Position numbers and translations under genes: made by a program
In this document: positions 25,376 through 33,255 of the stretch, one piece after another
Position numbering within the stretch: position 1 is the first letter of the stretch
Layout of the letters: each line of letters starts with the position of its first letter
Virus record (IMG/VR): IMGVR_UViG_3300001126_000011
Coordinates: 1-33,255 of that record
Direction: 5' to 3' (one strand)
Length of the DNA stretch: 33,255 nucleotides
DNA from: a virus
Taxonomy: Duplodnaviria; Caudoviricetes
Notes under the pieces: generated by a model
What the model was told of the DNA's origin: nothing
Databases searched by the model: none
The model's input: the letters and a program-made list of their open reading frames with translations, nothing else

Positions 25376-25740
25376 AATTGTTTACTAAACCCCAGCCAAC
25401 GGGCGCAAGTCCGCTCCATCTGAACAATAAAGAGCTACGCCGTGAATTGGCTTATGCCGACACGATCATTGCCAATATTGAATCGATCATTATTGATGAG
25501 CAAAAGGGTTGCCTTGAAGATATGAACGCTATCAATGCAAATGCTACTTCATCAGATCCTTTTAGAAGCGAATCACGTAAGCGAGTAATGCACCGCATTA
25601 CCCCAAAGCGTGACTACCTCAAAATCATACTGATAGCGCTGTGTATTTTACTAGGTTTTGCATGGTACACCGCCCAACAAGAGCGTGATTTCTTTATGCA
25701 ACAAACAGCAAAAGGAGGACAACATGGCTCAATCCACTAA
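25372..25740 (+). CDS. Hypothetical early protein with C-terminal TM helix
   Basis: GAGGTG RBS, ATGA overlap, IILIALCILLGFAWY. Confidence 0.7.
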   Translation: MKLFTKPQPTGASPLHLNNKELRRELAYADTIIANIESIIIDEQKGCLEDMNAINANATSSDPFRSESRKRVMHRITPKRDYLKIILIALCILLGFAWYTAQQERDFFMQQTAKGGQHGSIH

Positions 25741-26008
25741 ACGCGCCCTAAAAATCATCAAAGCAATGCGTAGCACCACTTTTAGCGGTATTAGCGTCAC
25801 CGAACTGGCACAGTCTGTCGGTACATCAGCAGTAAATATTTGCCGCGACCTAGACGATTTAATGGATGAAGGGATGGTCGAAAAACGTGATGACGGACGC
25901 TATCAGTTATCGGTTGCCATGCTGCAAATCGCCGCTGCGTATCAGACTGACTATAACCGCATGGCGAGCCGCTTAGCTGAAATCAATAATCGCATTAACA
26001 ATCATTGA
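25724..26008 (+). CDS. IclR-type winged HTH protein
   Basis: AGGAGG RBS before ATG 25724; RALKIIKA, SVTELA..VG.S..NICRDL..L..EG.VEK..DGRYQLS. Confidence 0.82.
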   Translation: MAQSTKRALKIIKAMRSTTFSGISVTELAQSVGTSAVNICRDLDDLMDEGMVEKRDDGRYQLSVAMLQIAAAYQTDYNRMASRLAEINNRINNH

Positions 26009-26015
26009 GGACATT

Positions 26016-27026
26016 ATGAAAGACATTACTCCAGAAGCCACAATAGAAACCAGTATCAATGCTGCACCAAATGACCAGAGTCAACTAGCCGTTGCTACTG
26101 CAAGACTCGCTAACAGCTTAGGATACGAGGGTAATCTCACTATTGGCACACTTGAAGATGAGATCCGCTTTTATCAGCAGCGTACCGCCGAGGCATGTGT
26201 CGAAATGGGCAAGCGCTTATTGATACTCAAAGAGATGTGCCCGCATGGTGAATTTGCCCAGCGTCTTGAAGTATTGGGTTTCCAGCCACGCACTGCACAA
26301 AAATTCATGCAAGCGGTACTTAAGATTTCAAATGCGAATACGTCGACGCTTTTGGACAAAGTGGGCAGTCAAAGCAAATTATTAGAGCTGGTCACACTGG
26401 ATGACGACCAGCTTGACGCGCTCAGTAACGGCGACAGCATTGGCGATATCACGCTTGATGATATCGAAATGATGAGCGTACGTGAGTTAAAAAAAGCGGT
26501 CAAAGACGCTCGCGCTGATACTGCCGCCAAAGATGATTTATTGAGCAACAAAAACAAAAAAATCGACGAGCTAGACGCCAAGCTTAGCTTGCGCCGTCAG
26601 CCCGACCAGCAGCACGTTGTCAGTGCCGAACTAGAAGCGCATATCAGCAGCGAATTAGCCCAGTCCGTCACCAGCATCCTGACCGCCATCAGCCAGTTTA
26701 ATGCCAGCATCTTGACCCTACGCGAGCAAGCCGACACCGACGCGCCGCACCTAAGCGCCAAGATTGATAGTGACGTCAGCTACGCCTATGGCCGCATTGC
26801 CGAGCTTGCCGCGACCGATGGTATTGAGATTGATCTGGCGCAGATGGTCACCCCTGATTGGATGATCGATACACCATCTATAGATATACCAGCCGCAGCG
26901 CCGCAGCCTACCAATGACCCAGCGCAAGAGGCAGCTACGTTTCAGGCGTGGCGCGAGGAGCAAGGCTATGTCAGCGATGATGACTTTGAGCTGCGCGGTC
27001 AGACCCCTGACCAGCTAAACGACTAA
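26016..27026 (+). CDS. DUF3102-like early protein
   Basis: EMGKRLLILKE..PHGEF...L..LG...RTAQKFM; precedes transposase. Confidence 0.78.
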   Translation: MKDITPEATIETSINAAPNDQSQLAVATARLANSLGYEGNLTIGTLEDEIRFYQQRTAEACVEMGKRLLILKEMCPHGEFAQRLEVLGFQPRTAQKFMQAVLKISNANTSTLLDKVGSQSKLLELVTLDDDQLDALSNGDSIGDITLDDIEMMSVRELKKAVKDARADTAAKDDLLSNKNKKIDELDAKLSLRRQPDQQHVVSAELEAHISSELAQSVTSILTAISQFNASILTLREQADTDAPHLSAKIDSDVSYAYGRIAELAATDGIEIDLAQMVTPDWMIDTPSIDIPAAAPQPTNDPAQEAATFQAWREEQGYVSDDDFELRGQTPDQLND

Positions 27027-27060
27027 ACCCTAATAATCTTAAAAAAATAAGAGCAACACT

Positions 27061-28794
27061 ATGGATACCGCAACTCTCGACTATTTACGCACCATTGCCA
27101 AGCGCTTAGACAGTGCTAAACATGGCGAAAAGTCAGCCATCGTTGAGCTAGCAGCAGCATACCTGTGTTGCTCAAACAAACAAGTCTATCAACTGCTAAA
27201 AGATGCAGGGCTTACCACGCCGCGTAAAACTCGCACGGACAAAGGTGAGTCTATCATCACCCGCGCTCAAGCCGAGCTGATCGGCGGCATGATATTAGTC
27301 GCCACCCGTGCCAATGGCAAGCAAATCTTATCGGTCACTGACGCGGCTGAAATGCTAAAGGCACAAGGCAAAATCCCAGACGTGGCCGTTAGTACCATAC
27401 TACGAGCGCTAAAGGCCTACCACTGCCACCCAAGCCAGTTAGCAACACCGACAGCGCACGTCACCCAGCGCAGTTTGCATCCCAATCATGTCTGGCAAAT
27501 AGACGCCTCAGTCTGCGTGCTGTTTTATTTGCCAAAAGGTGGATTGGCAGTGATGGAGCAAAAGGAATTTTATAAAAACAAACCTGCCAATGTCAAAAAG
27601 ATTGAGAAAGAGCGCGTCATTCGCTACGTCGTCACCGACCATTACAGCGCCGCCACTTACGTGGAATACGTCATGGGTGCAGAGTCTAGCGAGAACTTAA
27701 CGCAAGTTTTTCTAAACTCCATCCAGCGCCGCGACGCCAATGATCCCATGCATGGCGTCCCAAACATCCTAGTCATGGATAAAGGTAGCGCCAACTTATC
27801 AGGCTTATTTCTTAACTTACTGGATCGCCTTGGCGTTGAGCATATCGAACACGCCGCAGGCAATAGCCGCGCCAAAGGACAGGTCGAAAAGCACAACGAC
27901 ATCGTCGAGTGCAAGTTTGAGAGCCGCTTGTCTTTTTTGAACATCAGATCACTAGATGAGCTAAACGCCTACTGCACTAAGTGGCGCGCGCACTTTAATG
28001 CTAATGCCGTGCACAGCCGCACTCGTCAGACGCGCAACGCCATATGGCTCACGATTACCAATCAGCAGCTGCGGTTAGCGCCGTCATTAGAGATATGCCG
28101 CGAGCTGGTCACGACCAAGCCTAAAACCGTCAAAGTGCGTGGCGACTTGACCATTACTCATACCGTAAAAGGCTATGCAAACCAAGCCTACGACCTGACG
28201 CATCTGCCTGATATCTACCCCAAAGCCGAGATCGATATCGTCGTCAACCCTTACCGCGCCCCTGATATTGATGTCACTTGGCTAGATACCGTTTACACCA
28301 TTAGCCCAGTAGAGACTGACGCCGCAGGTTTTGCCATTCATGCGCCCGTCATTGGTGTACAGATGATTGCCAAGCCTGAGAGCCAAGCTGATAGCAACCG
28401 CAAAGCCATGATGAAAGCCGCTTATGGCGCGGATACCGAAAGCGAAGTCGATAAAGCCCGTAAGCAAAAACAAGCCGCTTACGTCGGTACAGTCGACGCG
28501 ATGGCAGACGTTGATAATAGCTATAGCGATGGGAACGTGCCAAACGTCATTACCAAAGCTGCGCAGACCGTAGACACCAGCGCCCACGTCGCCAGCCGTG
28601 AGGTCAAGCCATACACCCATGTTGAAGCCGCCATGCAATTGCGCGGATTACTTGGTAGCCAGTGGACAAGTGACCACTTTGCCGACTTGCAAAAGCAATA
28701 TCCACAAGGTGTACCACACAGCGCCATTAACGAGATTGCAGACCGCATCGTCATGGGCAAACCAGTTACCTATTTAAAAGCAGTTAATGAGTAG
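27061..28794 (+). CDS. Transposase A (DDE integrase family)
   Basis: PNHVWQIDAS, VMDKGSAN, AKGQVEK..DIVE catalytic motifs; RKTRTDKG. Confidence 0.94.
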   Translation: MDTATLDYLRTIAKRLDSAKHGEKSAIVELAAAYLCCSNKQVYQLLKDAGLTTPRKTRTDKGESIITRAQAELIGGMILVATRANGKQILSVTDAAEMLKAQGKIPDVAVSTILRALKAYHCHPSQLATPTAHVTQRSLHPNHVWQIDASVCVLFYLPKGGLAVMEQKEFYKNKPANVKKIEKERVIRYVVTDHYSAATYVEYVMGAESSENLTQVFLNSIQRRDANDPMHGVPNILVMDKGSANLSGLFLNLLDRLGVEHIEHAAGNSRAKGQVEKHNDIVECKFESRLSFLNIRSLDELNAYCTKWRAHFNANAVHSRTRQTRNAIWLTITNQQLRLAPSLEICRELVTTKPKTVKVRGDLTITHTVKGYANQAYDLTHLPDIYPKAEIDIVVNPYRAPDIDVTWLDTVYTISPVETDAAGFAIHAPVIGVQMIAKPESQADSNRKAMMKAAYGADTESEVDKARKQKQAAYVGTVDAMADVDNSYSDGNVPNVITKAAQTVDTSAHVASREVKPYTHVEAAMQLRGLLGSQWTSDHFADLQKQYPQGVPHSAINEIADRIVMGKPVTYLKAVNE

Positions 28795-28814
28795 CGACCA
28801 CTCAGGAGGTATCA

Positions 28815-29933
28815 ATGCAACACGTCAAACAATTATTAAAGGACAACGGCATCAGCCAGCGCAATTTGGCCAGCCATTTAAGCGTTAGCCCTGCTGCCGT
28901 CAATCTGATTTTGAACCACGACCAATACCCAGCAGCGTCAGCCAAGAGCGTCATTGTTAACAGTATTAACCAGTTTTTAACCAATCACGGCATCAAATTT
29001 GACCATCCAAAACCAACCAATAACTTAGAGGAAGACCTTATGTTACTTCGCAAACAAACCCTAACCCAGCCAGCACGTAAGCAGTTCAAGTTATTTACCA
29101 ACCCGTTCACCAGTGACATTCGCAGTGCGGACGAACTTTATCAGTCAAGCGATACCGCATACGTACGCGCCGCCATGCACCATACCGCAAAACATGGCGG
29201 CTTCATCGCAGTCACTGGCGAGTCGGGCGCAGGGAAAACCACGTTAAAGCGTGACCTCATTGACCGTCTCAAGCGTGAGAACCAATCCATCATCACCATT
29301 GAGCCGTACGTGTTAGCCGCTGAAGACAACGATATGAAAGGAAAAACGCTAAAAGCTGCGCATATTGCCGAAGCCATCTTGCACGCGCTAAGCCCACTCG
29401 ACAACCCAAAGCGCAGCCCTGAAGCCCGTTTCCGTCAAGTGCATAACTTACTACGTGAGTCGCACAAAGCAGGCAACAGCCATGTACTGATTATTGAAGA
29501 GGCGCACAGCTTACCGATTCCAACCCTTAAGCACCTCAAACGCTTTTTTGAACTAGAAGACGGTTACGACAAGCTTTTAGGTATTGTCTTAATTGGACAA
29601 AACGAGCTGACGGTCAAAATGTCTGAACGAAACCCATCTATCCGCGAAGTGGTCCAGCGTTGTGAGATTGTCACCCTAGAGCCGATAGCTCCCAGCGAAC
29701 TATCAAGCTATCTTGCCAAGCGTTTGGGCAAGCAGTCCGAGCTTAGCGGCATCATTGATGAGTCTGGCATTGACGCCATGGTAAACCGCTTGGTGCGCAC
29801 CGATAACAAGGGGCGCGTCATGCAAAGCCTGCTATATCCGCTAGCTGTCGGCAACCTTATTACTGGCGCAATGAATATGGCAGCAGACCTAGGCGTACCC
29901 ACTGTCACCCGCGACATCATTATGAATGTTTAA
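28815..29933 (+). CDS. Transposition B protein: N-terminal HTH plus ExeA-like AAA+ ATPase
   Basis: GISQRNLA..L.VSPAAV HTH, GESGAGKTT Walker A, LIIEEAH Walker B, REVVQRCE. Confidence 0.93.
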   Translation: MQHVKQLLKDNGISQRNLASHLSVSPAAVNLILNHDQYPAASAKSVIVNSINQFLTNHGIKFDHPKPTNNLEEDLMLLRKQTLTQPARKQFKLFTNPFTSDIRSADELYQSSDTAYVRAAMHHTAKHGGFIAVTGESGAGKTTLKRDLIDRLKRENQSIITIEPYVLAAEDNDMKGKTLKAAHIAEAILHALSPLDNPKRSPEARFRQVHNLLRESHKAGNSHVLIIEEAHSLPIPTLKHLKRFFELEDGYDKLLGIVLIGQNELTVKMSERNPSIREVVQRCEIVTLEPIAPSELSSYLAKRLGKQSELSGIIDESGIDAMVNRLVRTDNKGRVMQSLLYPLAVGNLITGAMNMAADLGVPTVTRDIIMNV

Positions 29934-29954
29934 CCCACCAAAGGAGCAATACCC

Positions 29955-30590
29955 ATGACTAACCAAACCACCAGCCCCGTAACCACCATCGACGATAAAG
30001 ACTACATGACCGACGACAAGGGCCGCTTAACACCTGTTGACGCCATCAAGCCTATTGACAAATTACGTGACGAAACCGTTTGCCAAGCGGCGCAAAAGGT
30101 CATCGCTTTACATCAGACAATGAAGTCCGAAAAAGAGGCGCTGTTTACATTGGTGTATGACTTTTTGGAACTATCCGCAGCCGAGTACGACACCAAATAT
30201 GGTGGCAAAAAAGGCAACGTGTCCCTACCAAGTTTTGACGGCAGATACAAAGTCCAGATCGCCATGAGTGACAATATTGTCTTTGATGAGCGCTTGCAGA
30301 TCGCCAAAAACCTCATTGATGAGTGCATTAGTGAATGGAGTGCAGGCAGCGCCACCGAAATCATGACACTGGTAAACGACGCGTTTCAGGTTGATAAAGA
30401 AGGAAAAGTATCAACGCACCGTGTTTTAGGTTTGCGCCGCCATGATTTTGATCACCCCAAATGGCTCAAAGCAATGGCAGCCATAGCAGACGCCAGCCAA
30501 ACCGCCAGTACCACCGAGTACATCCGCATGTATGAGCGGGACGACAAAGGCAAATACGTCCAGATCCCGCTCGACTTTAGCAAAGTGTAA
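29955..30590 (+). CDS. DUF3164 family protein
   Basis: GGKKGNV.L.SFDG.YKV, FDERLQ.AK.LIDEC, AFQVDKEG, W.KAM.AI. Confidence 0.88.
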   Translation: MTNQTTSPVTTIDDKDYMTDDKGRLTPVDAIKPIDKLRDETVCQAAQKVIALHQTMKSEKEALFTLVYDFLELSAAEYDTKYGGKKGNVSLPSFDGRYKVQIAMSDNIVFDERLQIAKNLIDECISEWSAGSATEIMTLVNDAFQVDKEGKVSTHRVLGLRRHDFDHPKWLKAMAAIADASQTASTTEYIRMYERDDKGKYVQIPLDFSKV

Positions 30591-30600
30591 GGCGGCAAAC

Positions 30601-30873
30601 ATGAATAACATCCCACTGAATATGACAACTATTGATGAGCTAAAAATACAGGCCGCCCACACTGCTTATCAGCTCACTATCAGAGTTACGTCGCTCAATG
30701 AGCGCCTAGCAAAAATGAATATGAGCGTTTGGTGGGAGGGCGACACGTATTTTATCAACACCCATGGTCTGGATCAGATTGTCGGTACTGGCTTTTATTT
30801 AGACGACTATATCTTAGGCCACCTAATGGCCATGACAGATATCAAACTCAACACATTTTTAAAAGGTTTTTAA
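30601..30873 (+). CDS. Hypothetical early protein
   Basis: ATG 30601 after AAGGCGG, fills gap in operon. Confidence 0.6.
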   Translation: MNNIPLNMTTIDELKIQAAHTAYQLTIRVTSLNERLAKMNMSVWWEGDTYFINTHGLDQIVGTGFYLDDYILGHLMAMTDIKLNTFLKGF

Positions 30874-30923
30874 CCGCCGCCAGTCGGACACTGGTAAATC
30901 AAACTAATTTAAGGATAGATATT

Positions 30924-31196
30924 ATGAATAAGCAAGATTTAATCAACGTAATTGCTGAAGAGACTCAAATCACTCAAACTAAAGCTAAAGAAGTGCTTGA
31001 ATGTACTTTGAGCACTATTGGTGTAGCATTGATGGACGGTGACGATGTTAGGCTCATAGGCTTTGGTACTTTCAAAACCTCCGAGCGCAAAGCCCGAACT
31101 GGTCGCAATCCAAAGACAGGCGAAGAACTTCAAATTCCTGCTAAGACAGCGGTCACTTTTAGTGCAGGCAAAACCCTAAAAGACGCCGTTAACTAA
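30924..31196 (+). CDS. HU-family DNA-binding protein
   Basis: MNKQDLI, GFGTF, RKARTGRNPKTGE..IPAK...F.AGK.LKDAVN; AAGGA RBS; 90 aa. Confidence 0.96.
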   Translation: MNKQDLINVIAEETQITQTKAKEVLECTLSTIGVALMDGDDVRLIGFGTFKTSERKARTGRNPKTGEELQIPAKTAVTFSAGKTLKDAVN

Positions 31197-31240
31197 TCTG
31201 GTACCCAACTTTTCACTCATCATTATAGGACATTATAAAA

Positions 31241-31522
31241 ATGGCAAAACTAACTCCCGAACTATTAAAAAGCAAAATCACAGGCGAAGCCTATCACCAG
31301 TTTGACGGCACGACAGTCACCATCTGCTGCCTAACCTTAGAGAATGGTTATAACACCATTGGTCAAAGCGCTTGTATCGACCAGTCAATGTTTGATGCTG
31401 AGGTAGGTAAAGATTTGGCTTACCAGGATGCCTTTAGCAAGCTATGGCAGCTTTACGGCTTTAATGCTAAGGAAGCACTATTCCAAGCCGTACAAGGCGC
31501 GGAACAAAACAAGCTATCTTAA
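31241..31522 (+). CDS. Gp49 family (N4 gp49/Sf6 gp66) protein, candidate nucleotide sponge
   Basis: TVTICCLTLENGY..IG.SAC.D...FD.EVG...AY..A..KLW.L.G. Confidence 0.8.
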   Translation: MAKLTPELLKSKITGEAYHQFDGTTVTICCLTLENGYNTIGQSACIDQSMFDAEVGKDLAYQDAFSKLWQLYGFNAKEALFQAVQGAEQNKLS

Positions 31523-31550
31523 GCAATCATTAAGCCCTCTGGGTAAACAC

Positions 31551-31587
31551 AAAGGTGGGTAACGCATTAGCGCTATCCACCTTTTTT
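31551..31587 (+). terminator. Rho-independent terminator ending the early operon
   Basis: AAAGGTGGGTAACGC-ATTA-GCGCTATCCACCTTTTTT. Confidence 0.75.
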
Positions 31588-31609
31588 ACTTTCATGATAA
31601 GGAACCCAT

Positions 31610-32320
31610 ATGAGTCATCAAAGCAAACAACGCATCATGGATAAGATTATCCGCTGCTTAGCGCTGAGCAAATCAAGTAACGAACATGAGGCTGCCACGG
31701 CACTGCGTCAAGCTCACGCACTGATGCAAAAGCACGACATCAGCGTGAAAGATATTGAATTAGCCGATATCAAGTTTAAAGCCTCAAATACACGCTCTGC
31801 AAAGCATCCACCTATCTATCAAATTGCCCTTGCCAACATGATCGCCAAGCTTTTTGGTTGTCAGAATTATATGGGCAATGGTACTGGTGACCGTAGCCAC
31901 ATTCGCGTGATGTGTTTTGTCGGTTTAGAGACACACAGCGACATTGCCAGCTACTCTTACGACACGCTATTTCGTCAACTAAAGCAAGCTCGCCAAGCCT
32001 ATATTAAGACTGAGTTAAAACGAGTCAGACTTGCCAAAAACAAAGCAGCCCGCGCGGATGCGTTTTGTCTTGGCTGGGTATCAACAGTGCACCAGTTGGT
32101 CAGAAAACTAGTGCCTTTATCGACTGACATGGCACTTATAGAGCGGGCGATGCGCTCAGAGTTAGACTTAAGGTCTACAAGCGGCGTAGACCGAGTGTCC
32201 AAGAGCAAAGCCAAAACCGCAACCAATGATTTTCATAACGGCCGCATAGTAGGCAAAGACGCCCAGCTAAACCATGGCATGAACACCGACGCGCACCAAA
32301 CCAAACGAATCGCCCAATAG
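31610..32320 (+). CDS. DUF2786-domain protein
   Basis: KI.RCLALS.S.NEHEA..AL..A..LM.KH, AFCLGW. Confidence 0.85.
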   Translation: MSHQSKQRIMDKIIRCLALSKSSNEHEAATALRQAHALMQKHDISVKDIELADIKFKASNTRSAKHPPIYQIALANMIAKLFGCQNYMGNGTGDRSHIRVMCFVGLETHSDIASYSYDTLFRQLKQARQAYIKTELKRVRLAKNKAARADAFCLGWVSTVHQLVRKLVPLSTDMALIERAMRSELDLRSTSGVDRVSKSKAKTATNDFHNGRIVGKDAQLNHGMNTDAHQTKRIAQ

Positions 32321-32330
32321 GAGCATAACC

Positions 32331-32789
32331 ATGTCACAGCGTACCCCAAACAAACCAAAGCTGATCCAATTCATTCACATAGCTAAGAGCCAGCTTAAGC
32401 TTGATGACGCCACTTACCGCCACATGCTCACCGAGCAAACTGGTAAGGACAGTTGTAGCAAAATGTCTAAAAGCGAACTCGTCGTCGTATTTGAGCATCT
32501 AAAATCCTTAGGCTTTAAGACCACACCTGCCAAATCAGCGGGCAAGGTCGCTCAAGCAGACGATGCCCAATCACGTAAGATACGCAGCCTATGGCTCACA
32601 TTGCATGATCTAGGCGCAGTGCGTAACGCAAGCGAGCGTGCATTAGCCAAGTACGTCGAGCGTCAAACAGGCAAATCAGCACTACAATTTATCAGCACAG
32701 AGGATGCCAGCCGAGTCATCGAAACTCTAAAGAAGTGGCAACAGCGAGTAGAAGACACCCAATTGATGGCCAATATTGATAATAAATAA
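32331..32789 (+). CDS. gemA: GemA / Mu gp16 (DUF1018) regulatory protein
   Basis: IHIAKSQL.LDD.TYR..L...TGKDS, KIRSLW..L...G, VIETLKKW. Confidence 0.9.
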   Translation: MSQRTPNKPKLIQFIHIAKSQLKLDDATYRHMLTEQTGKDSCSKMSKSELVVVFEHLKSLGFKTTPAKSAGKVAQADDAQSRKIRSLWLTLHDLGAVRNASERALAKYVERQTGKSALQFISTEDASRVIETLKKWQQRVEDTQLMANIDNK

Positions 32790-32886
32790 TCGGTTATAAA
32801 TGGCAGACCTGCCATCTTACCTACACCTTATTTTTATCAACTATAGTAAGATTCAATTAATCAGGTCAAACTAAACGGAGCGCGTA

Positions 32887-33255
32887 ATGTCAGACACCAA
32901 ACCAAACGGCAAATTCACCTCTCTAGGCACTGCTTTCTTGCAGGACATGGTAGGTATAGGTTCTGGCATTATCGCTACCAGCGCTCAGATACCAACTGAG
33001 CAAGCCCAGCAGATAGCGTATGACCTCGCTCAGTCAATGACAGCGCACTGGGGCGGCAGCATGCTCTATGTCCCCAAAACCAACCCTGAAAAGATTCTAA
33101 AACGTAATCTGGCCATTTGGAATGACTTCACAGGCAACAATCATCATCAGCTCGCTCAAAAGTATGATCTTGCCACACCAACGGTCTATCAAATACTAGC
33201 TGACATTCAAAACACTCTCCCTAAACCACAAAAAGACCTATTCGATAACGAGTAG
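32887..33255 (+). CDS. mor: Mor/C-family transcription activator
   Basis: HWGG..LYVPK, RN..IW.DF.G.N...LA.KY.L....VYQI. Confidence 0.92.
   Translation: MSDTKPNGKFTSLGTAFLQDMVGIGSGIIATSAQIPTEQAQQIAYDLAQSMTAHWGGSMLYVPKTNPEKILKRNLAIWNDFTGNNHHQLAQKYDLATPTVYQILADIQNTLPKPQKDLFDNE

Larger units (their letters stand above)
1..33255. mobile_element. Transposable Mu-like (B3/BcepMu-type) prophage, interior portion; Mu-like head and replication genes with P2-like contractile tail
   Basis: DDE transposase, B ATPase, GemA, Mor and Mu gp26-gp37-like head genes plus P2-like U/X/D/V/W/J/I tail genes; early and late regions diverge around the repressor; ends not in window. Confidence 0.96.

Noticed and set aside
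30729-30923. N-terminal extensions in the ORF track (HU from 30729; also 25658, 30532, 1259, 15994, 20742, 21947)
   Set aside because: Downstream starts have better RBS or coupling and fit the family N-termini
31551-31587. Resemblance of the hairpin to REP-type elements
   Set aside because: Single copy, no GTAG tetranucleotide or RAYT gene; adequately explained as a terminator
2096-32226. Many antisense or alternate-frame ORFs in the track (e.g. 2096-2461, 5901-6344, 6966-7598, 15057-15416, 20724-21122, 28282-28638)
   Set aside because: They shadow well-supported genes and show no recognisable motifs
32790-32886. Possible middle promoter upstream of mor (TATAGT at 32842; ATGGCAG/CTGCCAT inverted repeat)
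   Set aside because: No properly spaced -35 and no match to the late motif; too weak to call
1-33255. Prophage ends, invertible fibre cassette (gin), mom-like modification gene, tRNA/rRNA genes
   Set aside because: None visible; the window begins and ends at stop codons, so ends and any such genes would lie outside it

Overview
The whole window is the interior of a transposable (Mu-like) prophage with the B3/BcepMu-type layout; neither TG...CA end is inside the window. The + strand (25124-33255) carries the early/middle genes: a Ner/Cro-like regulator, DDE transposase, B-type AAA ATPase, DUF3164, HU, Gp49, GemA and a Mor/C activator. The - strand (25001-1) carries a three-gene repressor operon, a lysis cassette, a Mu-like terminase/portal/head module and a P2-like contractile tail and baseplate. 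Main observations: (1) the repressor has no peptidase domain and ends in a 17-aa N/G/H-rich motif that recurs at the N-terminus of the overlapping downstream zinc-ribbon membrane protein, which resembles paired-motif (amyloid-type) signalling; (2) four late promoters share TCCTTAAT-N3-CTATAAAAT followed exactly 20 nt later by TAnnnT; (3) two of these promoters would initiate inside terminator hairpins, one of which also hides the endolysin RBS; (4) the tail chaperone ORF pair is in a +1/-2 frame relation; (5) a repeat-containing three-gene structural module sits between the neck and sheath genes; (6) there is a candidate nucleotide-sponge anti-defence gene and an SD-ATG-TAG minigene. Family assignments come from recognised motifs and synteny, not database searches. 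The host cannot be determined; a Moraxellaceae/Psychrobacter-like host is only a guess from composition.
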